DNA of 64,000 nucleotides from an uncultured virus (IMG/VR IMGVR_UViG_3300028393_000048) (IMGVR_UViG_3300028393_000048:1-64000); one strand, 5' to 3'; shown: positions 37,900 through 49,136, counted from the first letter of the stretch. The notes: generated from the letters alone by a model not told the origin. Translations and numbers: made by a program.

Positions 37900-38676
37900 A
37901 TGCCAAATAATTTCATGCTTCCTCCCTTTGGGGGTATTAGTGCGTATTCTTATTACCTAAATTTACTGGGTAAATGGCCCACTGGTCTAGCTCTTGCTAG
38001 TCAGTGGTTGATATATTTTGATTTTACTTCCGTAAATTCCTTAATGGGTAATTTACAGGGAATATTAAGAGACAGAGAAACTATCGACCAGTGGAATTTA
38101 AATAGTAATGTTACTCAATATTTGTTGGATGGTAGCTTACAATATGCTGGAAATAATATAATGGGTTGTGCATTTGCAAGACAGGTGAGCTTGCCAGGTG
38201 AAACCATAGATGCTGGTAATAAGGGGTTAGATTATGGTGGGTTTCAAGCTCCTGCAACTGCTTCAAATAGAGAAAATTATAAAAAATTGGGTGTAACCAT
38301 GCTTGAAACTAATGCATCTTTTTTAGATTTAGTTTTAAGACCTTGGATTATTTCAGTTGGTTATAACGGATTAGTTGCTAGACCAACAAACTCACCTCTT
38401 TATGTAAAATCAAACTTTGTAGATGTTGTAATGTTGGCAAAAACAGGAAGAATGAATGATTTTTATGCAGCAGCACCCTCTAATAGTTATTCAAATATTG
38501 CTGCACCGATGGGGATTAGAAAAATTTATAGATTTTATAATGTTGCTCCAGTTAACATGCCAGGTGAGGAGTATTCCTACATGGAAGAAGGGTTAAGAAC
38601 TAGTAATGTTGAATTTGTTTACGATAGTTATGCTGTGCAAGATGCTGGTACAAGTCTTTATATTGGGTTACAGTAG
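37900..38676 (+). CDS. Tube-fold baseplate/tube initiator (gp54-like)
   Basis: V.LPGE, LETN.S, RPW, Y.F.NV.P; position. Confidence 0.6.
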   Translation: MPNNFMLPPFGGISAYSYYLNLLGKWPTGLALASQWLIYFDFTSVNSLMGNLQGILRDRETIDQWNLNSNVTQYLLDGSLQYAGNNIMGCAFARQVSLPGETIDAGNKGLDYGGFQAPATASNRENYKKLGVTMLETNASFLDLVLRPWIISVGYNGLVARPTNSPLYVKSNFVDVVMLAKTGRMNDFYAAAPSNSYSNIAAPMGIRKIYRFYNVAPVNMPGEEYSYMEEGLRTSNVEFVYDSYAVQDAGTSLYIGLQ

Positions 38677-38690
38677 AATAAGTAACACAA

Positions 38691-39671
38691 GTGGAATATT
38701 ACAATTATAATATTGAATTACCTTTTTCTAAAAAGGTTGTAGCATTTCGGGAAATTAATACTAATGAACAAATGGCATTAGCAAAGGCTAATTTATCATT
38801 TAATAACTCAAAGGATAATTATTTTCCCTTTAATAATTTTGTATTAACCACTGTTAAAAACATTTTAGAAAATAAAAATGATTTTGATAAAATCAATATT
38901 GTTGATTATATGTTGTTTCTTACAAAATTAAGAATTGTAAGCATCGGTAATATTATTACTTTAACAACCGAGTCAAAAAACAAAGAATTTAAATCAACTA
39001 AAACTACAATAGATTTAAATGTATTTTTGAAAAATCTATACAGTTGCACAACTGAAGCTCTAGTTGATAGTATTTTGTTAGAAAACAATGTAGAAGTCAA
39101 ATTAGGATGGCCCACGGTGGAGTCTGTAAAGCTTTTTCAAGACTTACTAACACTAGAAAAAAACCAATATCAAATTTTCAACGAAACTTATCATGAATTT
39201 ATAGAATATATAAAAATAAATAATAAAAAAATTTCTTTTAATGATTTTAATTTAAAACAAAAAATAGATTTAATGGACGAATTATCCATATCGATGATAA
39301 AAAAGATAAAAGACAGAGTTTTAGATTGTGTAAAATACGTTCTGACATATGATTTATTTGGAATTTCTACTTTTAAAAACTATACGTTTAACTTTTTTAA
39401 TTTAAATTTTATAGATTATATAAGATTATTTTATTCAAATGATGTAAGAGCAATATATCAAGAGATTTCTTATTTAGCAAGATCGGGTATAACGCCAGAA
39501 TATGTCTTGAGTATATCTCCATCCGAAAGAAAAATCTATTCTACGTTAGTTCAGGAAGCTAAAAAAATGGAAAACAAACAAGACAACTATGATTTTAATA
39601 AAATTAACAGTAATAGCAGTAGGGCAGTTCAAGATTTAGCACTTGAATTTGGAGATTCTCCACCTAAATAA
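38691..39671 (+). CDS. Baseplate hub assembly protein (gp26-like)
   Basis: IELP.SKK...FR...E..., LRIVSIG; C-terminal ISPSERKIY. Confidence 0.6.
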   Translation: MEYYNYNIELPFSKKVVAFREINTNEQMALAKANLSFNNSKDNYFPFNNFVLTTVKNILENKNDFDKINIVDYMLFLTKLRIVSIGNIITLTTESKNKEFKSTKTTIDLNVFLKNLYSCTTEALVDSILLENNVEVKLGWPTVESVKLFQDLLTLEKNQYQIFNETYHEFIEYIKINNKKISFNDFNLKQKIDLMDELSISMIKKIKDRVLDCVKYVLTYDLFGISTFKNYTFNFFNLNFIDYIRLFYSNDVRAIYQEISYLARSGITPEYVLSISPSERKIYSTLVQEAKKMENKQDNYDFNKINSNSSRAVQDLALEFGDSPPK

Positions 39672-39675
39672 TCAT

Positions 39676-40485
39676 ATGTCAGAAGAAACTCCAATTTTAA
39701 ATTTTAACGATGCTATTGCGGCACTTAACAGTGTATCTGAATCTTTTAAAATCGATGCATGGATTCCATCATTGAAGAAAACACTAACCTTTAAAGAGAT
39801 AGATGCCAAGCAACAAAAGAGTTTATTAAGTGCAGCAATGGATAATTCGGTTTATAATTCCGAATTTATTAAATCTTTTTATAATATATTGAAAGAAAAC
39901 CTTTTAAACGAAGACAAGTCTATAGTAGATAATTTTACAATTGTTGACAAATATTTCATTGGAATTACACTCAGATCACAAATTTCAGAAGAAATTAGTG
40001 TAAAATTCACGGATGAAATCACCGAAAAAGTTAAATTAGAACCTTTAATTTCTAATTTTAGAAACTATAATTTGCCTGATTCTGATGATTTAGTAATCAA
40101 AAATGAAGTTGTAACCATAATATGTAACGTAAGTTTGCCTTCCGTGAAGGATGAAGTTGATTACGAAGAGCAATTTTATAAAAAATATAAGAATATTGAT
40201 GATGTGAAGTCAACAAAAGACGTTCAGGGTATTATTTCTGATGCATTTATAGGTGAAACTTCCAAATATATCAACTATATGCTCATCAATGATAGCAAAT
40301 TTAATTTTAAAACCATGACTCTTGATCAAAAAATCAAAATTGTGGAAAAATTACCATCGACTTTGATCCAAAAGATACTAGATAAGGTGTCAAATTGGAA
40401 AAAAGAGATAGATTCTTTCTTAACTGTTAGTGTTGGAGACAAAACAAAGGTAATATCAGTTGATAGTTTATTATTTTTAAGTTAA
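39676..40485 (+). CDS. Baseplate hub assembly protein (gp26-like paralogue)
   Basis: IPSLKK...FK....KQQK.LL, LRSQ; position. Confidence 0.55.
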   Translation: MSEETPILNFNDAIAALNSVSESFKIDAWIPSLKKTLTFKEIDAKQQKSLLSAAMDNSVYNSEFIKSFYNILKENLLNEDKSIVDNFTIVDKYFIGITLRSQISEEISVKFTDEITEKVKLEPLISNFRNYNLPDSDDLVIKNEVVTIICNVSLPSVKDEVDYEEQFYKKYKNIDDVKSTKDVQGIISDAFIGETSKYINYMLINDSKFNFKTMTLDQKIKIVEKLPSTLIQKILDKVSNWKKEIDSFLTVSVGDKTKVISVDSLLFLS

Positions 40486-40519
40486 GACATAAATCATATG
40501 CGCCATATAAATATTATAT

Positions 40520-42736
40520 ATGGCAGATTTAGATGCATTAAACCAGATTTTATCAAAGTATGACTTTACAGGAGAAGTTCCTGCTAAAGAATTCTTGGAT
40601 AGACTGTTGTTTGAAGGCAATTCAAGTTATGTTGATGAGTTTCGTTCAACATTTAAAGATGGGTTCTTCACACCCGTAGCAAACAAACTAAAATCTCTTT
40701 ATGTTAAATTAAATCGTGACATAGATAATGTTAATACAAAAAAAATAGTTGATCCATTTGGAATAGGTGATATTTCCGAAGAATATAAAGAAAAAATAAA
40801 TGCCTATAAAGAAAAAATGGCAAAGTTATTGGATACGGATTTTACAAAAGATCAAAAAGGATTTTTAAATATTTTATCATCAAGTAAAACTGGTGATATG
40901 GTGCAACAACCATCAAAAAAATTAATGGATGATGGTGAACAAAAAGGATTTGGTGTTAAAAAACAAACTTTTGATATTGGGGAAGACACAAAAACTTTTT
41001 TAGGTCAAAATTTTGAAAAATTTAGAAAAGTTGATTTAAAGGTTACGGGTGCGAAGAAGGAAGGAATGTTTGGTGAAATAGGTGCTTTAGTTTCCGAACT
41101 GATGGGACCTCTTGCTTTGTTATTAGCTGGTGTAGCTGGAACCATTGCAGCATTTTCCGTGAATGGACCTGCCAAGGGCATCTTAGAAATAATCGGTAAA
41201 AACGGTTTGCGTTTTGGTATTAAGAATATTGCAAAATTAATTTTTAAAGATCTTAGTAAGGTGGCATTAAAAAGAATACCACTTGGTATTGGAACAATAT
41301 TTGCATTTGGTTTTGCTATTGAAAGATTTAATAACGGTGATGTAGTAGGGGGAATTTTAGAAGTTGTATCGGGATTAGTTAATCTCTTGGATGAAGTGGT
41401 GCCAGGCTTGGGATTTGTTCTTGCAAGTGGTGTTGATGTATTGAATGCAATTTTGGATGAGAAAGCTGGTGGGTCTTCTGCTGAAGCAAGTGCTAAAAAA
41501 TTAAATATACTTTCAGGTTGGCAAGAAAAATTTGTACAAAAATTTAAAGATGTACCAATTATAGGAACATTGATTACGATTGGTTCTGGTTTTAAAAATT
41601 TCTTTGAAGGTTTAGCAAGTGGAAATACTAGTCAATTCATGCAAGGGTTAGACGAGCTTGAAAGTTTTCCTATGTTAGGATATTTTCCATCAGTGCTTAA
41701 AGCATTATTGGATTCTACAACCACAGACCAAGAAGGAAAATTTAATAGTATTAATTTTGGTGATTTTGCTAAAAATCTAAGAAAAGAAATAGGTAAAACT
41801 GTTTTAAAGTGGATACCTGATTGGTTTGGTATGAGAAAAATGTTTGCTAACATAATGGGTATGGATTATAACGGTGAAGATGTTTTTATACCAGACGAAA
41901 ATGATAAAAGAAATGATCAATTTAATAAAAATATTGCTGCTTTTAGTAAACCCGTAGCCAGAGGTTCTATTTCACCTGCTGATATTGCCGAAAACGACGA
42001 ACAATTAAAAACATTAAAATTAATACGTGATAAATTCCAAGAAGATAATAAGGAAGTATTGACTAGTAAAATGAAATTTGGCACTCAAGAACAAATTGAT
42101 GCACAAGATAAACTTGATAATTTAAACAACCAATTAACTGCTTTATTTGATCGTCAAAAAGAATATAAAAAATCAAGATATGGATTTGAAAATGATGAGT
42201 ATGATAAAAATGGATTAATAATGAGACGCAATTCTCGATTACGAGATCAACTTAGTAAAAATCCAAGTGTTGAAAATCAAAGAAGACAAGATGTATTAGA
42301 TGAAGCATGGAAATCAACTTATGATAAAAATAATCAAATAGTGGACGATTATCTAAGAAATAAAGATACAAGAAATCAAGAAATAGAATCTTTAAATACA
42401 AAAATTGATACAGTCGATAGTATGCCAATAGGTGAAATATTTAATATGCAGGGATCAGATGGAAATCAATATACTCCCGAACCAAATGAACCATTAACCC
42501 TATTACCAGATGATAATATGTTAAAGGTTGATGGTATTTCTGATCTTAATAAAAACATGAAAGTTATATTTAAATCTTTTTCCGAACAAATTGCAGCAAT
42601 GTCTAATAATAGTTCAAATAATTTTTCATCGGTTAATGTATCTGCTGGAGGTGGTGGAGGTGAGGGATCATCAAGAGACAGAAACTTTGATTTTAGACAA
42701 GAGTATTGGGGTATAAACCCTGGCTTGAGACATTAA
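40520..42736 (+). CDS. Tape-measure-like protein
   Basis: 738 aa, helical, amphipathic G/A/L repeats (KRIPLGIG, PIIG). Confidence 0.6.
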   Translation: MADLDALNQILSKYDFTGEVPAKEFLDRLLFEGNSSYVDEFRSTFKDGFFTPVANKLKSLYVKLNRDIDNVNTKKIVDPFGIGDISEEYKEKINAYKEKMAKLLDTDFTKDQKGFLNILSSSKTGDMVQQPSKKLMDDGEQKGFGVKKQTFDIGEDTKTFLGQNFEKFRKVDLKVTGAKKEGMFGEIGALVSELMGPLALLLAGVAGTIAAFSVNGPAKGILEIIGKNGLRFGIKNIAKLIFKDLSKVALKRIPLGIGTIFAFGFAIERFNNGDVVGGILEVVSGLVNLLDEVVPGLGFVLASGVDVLNAILDEKAGGSSAEASAKKLNILSGWQEKFVQKFKDVPIIGTLITIGSGFKNFFEGLASGNTSQFMQGLDELESFPMLGYFPSVLKALLDSTTTDQEGKFNSINFGDFAKNLRKEIGKTVLKWIPDWFGMRKMFANIMGMDYNGEDVFIPDENDKRNDQFNKNIAAFSKPVARGSISPADIAENDEQLKTLKLIRDKFQEDNKEVLTSKMKFGTQEQIDAQDKLDNLNNQLTALFDRQKEYKKSRYGFENDEYDKNGLIMRRNSRLRDQLSKNPSVENQRRQDVLDEAWKSTYDKNNQIVDDYLRNKDTRNQEIESLNTKIDTVDSMPIGEIFNMQGSDGNQYTPEPNEPLTLLPDDNMLKVDGISDLNKNMKVIFKSFSEQIAAMSNNSSNNFSSVNVSAGGGGGEGSSRDRNFDFRQEYWGINPGLRH

Positions 42737-42749
42737 ATATTAATTACCT

Positions 42750-43883
42750 ATGGATACAAATAACATACCACTGTTGCCAACATTACTTTATGATGTAACA
42801 ACTACAAAAAAACAAGTATATGGTCTCGGTAATTTGTTTAATGCAGTTCCGAAATTAACACCAAAAACCGCAGGTGGATTAATTGATATTGTTAATAAAT
42901 TTAAATGGAAAAATTCTGGTAATGCAGCCGAAGTTCCAAGAATTTTTGCCAGAGAGTTAGAACTTCAGTATGGAATGTGGACACAGAATTTTGCAAAAGC
43001 ATTAACATTAGTTGAAAATATTTTTACTCATAGTCAAATTGATGCATATTTGCAATTGTATGCATCACAACCAACTGGATTTAATTATAGTTTTCCTTGG
43101 TTATTAAAAGATGGGGAAAATATTAGAAGTATTAATAATAGTTGGGGTACGGTGGAAGGATTGCCAGGACTTTTGAAAAAAGTTTCCGAAAAAGCTACAA
43201 TTGGTTCTATACTTGGTGCAGGTGCAGCTGCTGGGTTTGGTGCAATATCGCCAGGAATTGGGTTTGAAGAAATTAACGAATTTAAAAAAACAGAATTACA
43301 GGAAATAACAATATCTTTTCCTTTATATAACACGACAACAATTATAGATGCATTTAACAATTATGCGTTTGTATCTATGTTTACTTTTCAAAATTTAAAA
43401 ACCAGAACATCCTTTATGACTTTTATTCCACCTAAGTTATATACTTTAGATAGTAAAAATTTAGGAGGTTTGTATTGGCCCTTAGCATATGTATCCAATT
43501 TTAAAATAGATAGTATAGGAACTACAAGAGATATTTCATCTTATTTAGAAATAACAAACGGAAATAATATTTTAGTTCCAGAAGCATATAAAGTAACTAT
43601 AACATTTAAGGAACTAATATCCCAAAGTTCAAATATATTTGCAGGAACTATGGGTGGACAAAAAGTTGTTATATCTGGATTGAATGATATTAATAAAATT
43701 ACAAATCAATTTCAAGAACAGGTGGCAACCCCTGCTGCTGCTGCTGGTGAATATACAAAAAATAAATTAAATGCAGGTATTACATATGTTAAAGACAATG
43801 TTGAATTTGCAAACAAAACGCCAACAGGATCAACACCAGTTGATTATACAAAACAAACTCCAATAGCAAATGAAACAAGATAA
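42750..43883 (+). CDS. Baseplate tube-fold protein (gp48-like)
   Basis: I.ISFPLYNT, PP.LY, VPEAYKVTITFKEL. Confidence 0.5.
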   Translation: MDTNNIPLLPTLLYDVTTTKKQVYGLGNLFNAVPKLTPKTAGGLIDIVNKFKWKNSGNAAEVPRIFARELELQYGMWTQNFAKALTLVENIFTHSQIDAYLQLYASQPTGFNYSFPWLLKDGENIRSINNSWGTVEGLPGLLKKVSEKATIGSILGAGAAAGFGAISPGIGFEEINEFKKTELQEITISFPLYNTTTIIDAFNNYAFVSMFTFQNLKTRTSFMTFIPPKLYTLDSKNLGGLYWPLAYVSNFKIDSIGTTRDISSYLEITNGNNILVPEAYKVTITFKELISQSSNIFAGTMGGQKVVISGLNDINKITNQFQEQVATPAAAAGEYTKNKLNAGITYVKDNVEFANKTPTGSTPVDYTKQTPIANETR

Positions 43884-44229
43884 TTTACCAGCTTTACCAA
43901 ATCTACCATCCCTTTATAGATATGAAAACTTTTTTAATGTCTATCAGAATAACGATGGATCTTATTTTTATAACTTATTAGCAAATATAAATGTGTTCCC
44001 CGCAAAAAATACATCAGTTGAAGATACATATGTTACAAAAGGAAATGATACTTGGTATTTAATATCATATAATTATTATAATACTATGGATTTATGGTGG
44101 TTAGTTTGTGAATATAACCAAATAAAAGATGCAACAACTTTACCCGAAGTTGGAACGACATTAAAATTACTAAAATCTCAATACGTTTGGCCCGTAATGC
44201 AACAGCTTAATTTGCAACTTAACAGCTAA
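43870..44229 (+). CDS. LysM-like baseplate wedge protein (gp53-like)
   Basis: Y....DTW.LISY.YY.T.DLWW.VC.YN.I.D....G..LK. Confidence 0.75.
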   Translation: MKQDNLPALPNLPSLYRYENFFNVYQNNDGSYFYNLLANINVFPAKNTSVEDTYVTKGNDTWYLISYNYYNTMDLWWLVCEYNQIKDATTLPEVGTTLKLLKSQYVWPVMQQLNLQLNS

Positions 44230-44611
44230 TAATATCTTCTAAGTCAAAGTAAAACCTAGCATATATTTTATTTTTGTCTTTTCCTTTTTTACCACTTGTA
44301 TAACAATATATTTGATTTTTATATTTAAAAAAGTAAAAATCAGGAAATTCCTCATCAAACATATTTAATTCAAAATCAATATCAGGGTTATCATATAGAT
44401 ATTGTTCAACTTCATTAACTGGTAATTTTTGTAAAATATTCTGGTATTCTAAAATGTTAAGTTTGTTTTGTAATCTTGTCCATATACCAGTTGGGTCTGT
44501 TTTATGCAAAACAAAGATGGGCCAATTACTATTATATTGAAAAACACCATCTTTTTTACCCAAATCTACCAGTTTTTGTCCCTTTGGTAGTTCAGATTTA
44601 TTAGTTTTCAC
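44219..44611 (-). CDS. Hypothetical protein (GTG start)
   Basis: 130 aa; TAAATA 5 nt upstream on - strand. Confidence 0.55.
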   Translation of the reverse strand: MKTNKSELPKGQKLVDLGKKDGVFQYNSNWPIFVLHKTDPTGIWTRLQNKLNILEYQNILQKLPVNEVEQYLYDNPDIDFELNMFDEEFPDFYFFKYKNQIYCYTSGKKGKDKNKIYARFYFDLEDIISC

Positions 44612-44612
44612 C

Positions 44613-44622
44613 TAAGTATTTA
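44613..44622. promoter_or_regulatory. Overlapping divergent late promoter boxes
   Basis: TAAGTA (+, 44613-18) overlaps TAAATA (-, 44617-22). Confidence 0.5.
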
Positions 44623-44628
44623 TTAACA

Positions 44629-46515
44629 ATGGGAAGAAAACCTAAAATAGTAGATGATACTCCTTCATTATCTGATCTCAGTAACAAAGACGTATTAATT
44701 GATGGTAATTTTTATAAGGGAAACGAAAATCTTTTAAGAGGTAACGCACAAATCAAGTGGACTCCTGAGATGATTGAGGAGATAAAAACCTGTGCAAAGA
44801 AAATTTTGCATTTTGCTGAAGAATATTTTTATATTATTACCGAAAGCGGTAAAGAAAAAATTAAATTATACAAATATCAAAAACAATTATTAAAGGCATT
44901 TGTTAATAATAGATTTAATGTGGTACTTTCAAGCCGTCAGAGTGGAAAAACGACCACAATCACCATTTATGCGCTATGGATGGTGTGTTTCCAAGATGAT
45001 AAGAGGATTACAATCGTAGCAAACAAGGAAGATACTGCAAAAGAAATTTTTGCACGTATCAAAATGTCTTTTGAAGAACTTCCCATATGGATGAAACCTT
45101 CGGTTAAGTCATGGAGAAAAGATGGATTTGAATTGGAAAACGGATCAAAGATAACTGTTTCTTCCACATCAAGTGCTGGACCTCGTGGAACAACAAGTAA
45201 TCTTCTGATTATTGATGAAATGGCTCACTGTCCTAACGATTTGATGAAAGAATTATGGAAATCAGCTATTCCTATTATTTCTTCGATGAAAAAATCACAA
45301 CTTGTGGTTATTAGTACTCCTAATGGAGTAGATAATCAATTTTATGATCTTGTTCAACAAGGTAAAGACCCAAAAAGTGGATGGCATTTGGAAACTGTTA
45401 ACTGGTGGGATGTGCCAGGTCGTGACGAGATTTGGAAAAAAGAAGCTATTGATTTATTAGGTGGTTCCAAGGAAGATTTTGATCAGGAGTATGGAAATGT
45501 TTTCCACGAAAAAGGTAAAACTGCAATTGACCCCGAAGAATTAGAAAGATTAAAATCATCTTGTAGAGATCCAATTTTAGTTATGGATAACGGTGACTAT
45601 AAAATATTTACCCAGCCAAAGGAAGGATCTTTTTATGTAATTGGCGTTGACGTTGGTGAAGGAATTGGAAGATCAAATAGTGTTGCTCAAATATTAGATG
45701 TTTCTGATTTAACCTGTGTTGAACAAGTTGCAGTTTATGCGTCAAATACAATAAACCCTTATAATTTTGGAACAAGATTAATGGGAGTATTGGAAGATTG
45801 GGGTAGACCACCTATATTAATTGAAAATAATAACAATGGTCAACAAGTTTTAGACGTTTTGGCTCGTACACACAACTATGAAAACATAGTTACCTACACA
45901 TTTGAGGGTATGAGTAAGCATTATAACAATGATAATAGACTTGGTATACATAATCATACTAATACCCGTTACAAAGGTATAACAAATTTTAGATATTGGG
46001 CAAATAGTTTGAAGGCATTAAGGTTGAATGATCTTGATACTGCAATAGAATTGTCAACTTTTGTTAAACTTCCAAATTTTACATTCAGTAAAAGAACAGA
46101 CAAAGATTTAGATGACAGAGTTTTAGCATTGGTTTGGGCGTTATTCTTATTAGATCCATCCTTGGCTATGAAATATTTTAATATCACCGAATTTGATGAT
46201 CAAGGGAGACCTTTAAAGATAAAACCATTGATCGATAATACAGATTTAATTAAAAAAAGTCCTATTTTTGAAGGTAAAGTATCAATTTACAAAAAAAGCT
46301 CTATAACATCAACGCCAATGGCATGGGTTGGAACGTTTGATGAACAACACAACCCATTAATGGACAATGACGTTGCCGAATTCACCAATTGGTTAACCAA
46401 ATGGGATGGTATAAATCCTCCACCACAGAATGATTTACCTATTTTAAAGACATTAAGACCTGAAAAAATAGATAAATATGAAGGAGAAGGATATATGCCA
46501 AGCATATTATTTTAA
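44629..46515 (+). CDS. gp17: Terminase large subunit
   Basis: LYKYQ, SRQSGKT, ELENGS, IIDEMA, ISTPNG, FDQEY, GVDVGEG, IENNN, DDRV.AL. Confidence 0.95.
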   Translation: MGRKPKIVDDTPSLSDLSNKDVLIDGNFYKGNENLLRGNAQIKWTPEMIEEIKTCAKKILHFAEEYFYIITESGKEKIKLYKYQKQLLKAFVNNRFNVVLSSRQSGKTTTITIYALWMVCFQDDKRITIVANKEDTAKEIFARIKMSFEELPIWMKPSVKSWRKDGFELENGSKITVSSTSSAGPRGTTSNLLIIDEMAHCPNDLMKELWKSAIPIISSMKKSQLVVISTPNGVDNQFYDLVQQGKDPKSGWHLETVNWWDVPGRDEIWKKEAIDLLGGSKEDFDQEYGNVFHEKGKTAIDPEELERLKSSCRDPILVMDNGDYKIFTQPKEGSFYVIGVDVGEGIGRSNSVAQILDVSDLTCVEQVAVYASNTINPYNFGTRLMGVLEDWGRPPILIENNNNGQQVLDVLARTHNYENIVTYTFEGMSKHYNNDNRLGIHNHTNTRYKGITNFRYWANSLKALRLNDLDTAIELSTFVKLPNFTFSKRTDKDLDDRVLALVWALFLLDPSLAMKYFNITEFDDQGRPLKIKPLIDNTDLIKKSPIFEGKVSIYKKSSITSTPMAWVGTFDEQHNPLMDNDVAEFTNWLTKWDGINPPPQNDLPILKTLRPEKIDKYEGEGYMPSILF

Positions 46516-46517
46516 AA

Positions 46518-47129
46518 ATGAATCAAGCAAGTTTAAATAGGTCACGTAATGATAAATTCATAATGGTTTTGGATTTGCCAAAGGCAATGAAAGATCAATA
46601 TGATCATGTTTTGGGTCAAAATTACAAGATTGATCCTTTACAATTTTCAATTTACGGTTCTCCTGTACCACAAATTTCCGTACCAGATATAAGTGTTCCT
46701 TTTGGTGGACAGGTTCATAAAATTTCTTCAAATTCTAGACCAGCTTATAATCCATTAAGTATAAAATTTTTAGTTGATAATGGTTATAAGAATTATTGGA
46801 TATTGTGGAAATGGATGAATCTATTTAATGATTCTAAAAGATCTTCATCAGATATAGCAACTGCTCGTAATACACCTATACAACCAAATCAACTTCCAAT
46901 ATTAACTAATCCTGTACACCAATACACTTCTGAATTTTCAATAATATCTTTAGATGAATATAATAATAAAATTATTTCTTTTACTTACAGTAATGCATTT
47001 CCAACTACACTAGGTGAAATAAATTTTTCCAATCAAGATCCAAGTGAAATAAATTGTACCGTAACCTTTTCATTTAATCAACTTGATGTTTCATTATTAG
47101 CAGATGTTAATAGTCTTGCTTGTCAATAG
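46518..47129 (+). CDS. Tail completion / tube-fold protein (gp3-like)
   Basis: P.ISV, YNPLSIKFLVD..YKNY..L..WM, NAFPT.LG.I.F. Confidence 0.7.
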   Translation: MNQASLNRSRNDKFIMVLDLPKAMKDQYDHVLGQNYKIDPLQFSIYGSPVPQISVPDISVPFGGQVHKISSNSRPAYNPLSIKFLVDNGYKNYWILWKWMNLFNDSKRSSSDIATARNTPIQPNQLPILTNPVHQYTSEFSIISLDEYNNKIISFTYSNAFPTTLGEINFSNQDPSEINCTVTFSFNQLDVSLLADVNSLACQ

Positions 47130-47131
47130 TT

Positions 47132-48832
47132 ATGGCTGATAATAAAAATTATACAGACTCTCCTTTTATAGTACAGATAAGAGATCAGAGTTACTATATA
47201 GAAATATATCTTTATAATCAATTGGAAGGTTATCCACCTGTAAAAGTTCCATTTTTATTTGTAAATTCTTTTTCAATTAACGAATCATTAATTGATTGGA
47301 TAACAAAAGGATGGATTATTCTAAGAAGTGATTTTGAAATATTTGAAAGAGGTTCTAATAGTACTATAGTATCACAAAATAATAATCAAATAACATTACC
47401 AGCAATTAAAGCTCCTTATGTTTTTAGAACAGATGGTAGAAATAAAATTAGTTTTAGAATTTATCCAGTTGATCCGACAAATACTGAAGATGTATACCCT
47501 CATGATATGTGGGAAATGTCTTTTGATTTTTCAATTTATGATATTGAAGATATACAAACTGGTAACAATCAACAAAAATTAAAAAAACTTTATTTTTGGG
47601 ATGAAAGATTTCAAATATTATCAGAACGAAACATAGAATACTCAACTGTTTATAGTTCAATATATAGAAAAAAATTACCAGTTAATACGGGTGGTCTTTT
47701 AAATAATGTTGGTTCAACTTTAACCGCAGCTAGTCTTACGGATTCACAACGATCAATAAATCCCTCGTTAGCTTTACAGGACATAATAATGACTGCTGCA
47801 TCAGTCACACCGACAATTAGAAATAATCCATTTACCATAAATCAAAACCAAGGTGATTTTATAAAAGTTGGATTTTTACAAAGTGAATCTATTGCTTCAC
47901 CTACTCAATCAATGGCAAATTTTGATAATAAAAATTGGGATATTGGTGCGCCCGATAACTATATTAATTATAGCTCACCCTCAAACTCTAGTGCATTGGA
48001 TGATGTAAAATATGCTTTGGATAGATGTATAGGATTGGATAACGGACCCGTTTTACTTAATTTTGGTAGATCAAGTCTTGATAAAACTTGGAAACTTAAT
48101 TCACTATCTAATTTTTTTAGTAATGCTAATAAAAATCAAATAGAAAGACTTTTTATAGAAGATGGTGCTGAAAACGCTCAACCTTCTGTTTCAAGAGCAC
48201 CAAATGCAACAAATGATAAAAACACTGTAAACTTTTCATCTGCTATTGCTTCAAGAATATTTCAATATAGTTTTTCACCAATGGTTGCAATGGATTCAGC
48301 AAGAATAACAAATGCACCTGTACACACTTATGATTTTTCAACTAATCAATTTAGTGTAAAACATACTGGAAACAGGGCAATAGATGTAAAAAATAATTTA
48401 GAAAAATTAGCTAAAACTGGATTGTTTAATTTTTCATCATCCCATCCTAATCCAAGTGGTGCTGGTATATTGTTAAATATAAATGAAACCAACAGAAAAG
48501 GTATAAATTTAAAAAATATATTTGTTCCCAGTAAATATTTTCCCCCAAATTATTCTGGAGCAAAAATGTTAAAAGATGCTATATTTTTAAACGAAACTTT
48601 AACATTTAAAGTTAAAGGGATAACAATGAGAACGCCGGGTAAGTTTATTTTCATAGATCGATTAGGATCTTCGGGTGCAGATAAAAATCCTTTTGATGAT
48701 AGAGTTTTAGGGCAATGGTTAATTGTAAAAGTTAATCATGTTTTTTCCCAAGACGATTATAACACTGAGGTTGTAGCAGTTAAAATTGATAGCTGGTCAA
48801 ATTTATTCACAAAGGATAATAGTAAATATTAA
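47132..48832 (+). CDS. Baseplate hub protein (gp27-like)
   Basis: I.ESL; C-terminal VKG...R.PG.FI...GQWLIVKVNH.F. Confidence 0.6.
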   Translation: MADNKNYTDSPFIVQIRDQSYYIEIYLYNQLEGYPPVKVPFLFVNSFSINESLIDWITKGWIILRSDFEIFERGSNSTIVSQNNNQITLPAIKAPYVFRTDGRNKISFRIYPVDPTNTEDVYPHDMWEMSFDFSIYDIEDIQTGNNQQKLKKLYFWDERFQILSERNIEYSTVYSSIYRKKLPVNTGGLLNNVGSTLTAASLTDSQRSINPSLALQDIIMTAASVTPTIRNNPFTINQNQGDFIKVGFLQSESIASPTQSMANFDNKNWDIGAPDNYINYSSPSNSSALDDVKYALDRCIGLDNGPVLLNFGRSSLDKTWKLNSLSNFFSNANKNQIERLFIEDGAENAQPSVSRAPNATNDKNTVNFSSAIASRIFQYSFSPMVAMDSARITNAPVHTYDFSTNQFSVKHTGNRAIDVKNNLEKLAKTGLFNFSSSHPNPSGAGILLNINETNRKGINLKNIFVPSKYFPPNYSGAKMLKDAIFLNETLTFKVKGITMRTPGKFIFIDRLGSSGADKNPFDDRVLGQWLIVKVNHVFSQDDYNTEVVAVKIDSWSNLFTKDNSKY

Positions 48833-48833
48833 T

Positions 48834-49136
48834 ATGGATAAAGAAGAATTAAAGAAGTTGTTAATTCGTAATGCTGCCAATATAACGCCTAAAGTTCAAA
48901 TGCCTACTGCTCTACAAATGGCTAAGAATATAGTAAGAACAACCGTTGATAGTGTTAAAGGAATTGCAGAAGGTAATCCATTGAATGTTTCTAATGAAGA
49001 TTCAAATAAAAGAAAAAACATTTGCGAAGGGTGTGAATTTTATCAAAAAACATCCCAAAGATGCACAAAATGTGGGTGTTTTATGGCAGTTAAAACCTAT
49101 ATTAAGGCTGCTGTTTGTCCAATTGGTAAATGGTAG
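48834..49136 (+). CDS. Cys-rich zinc-binding protein (DUF6171-like)
   Basis: R..ICEGC...RCTKCGCFM..K......CPIGKW. Confidence 0.65.
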   Translation: MDKEELKKLLIRNAANITPKVQMPTALQMAKNIVRTTVDSVKGIAEGNPLNVSNEDSNKRKNICEGCEFYQKTSQRCTKCGCFMAVKTYIKAAVCPIGKW

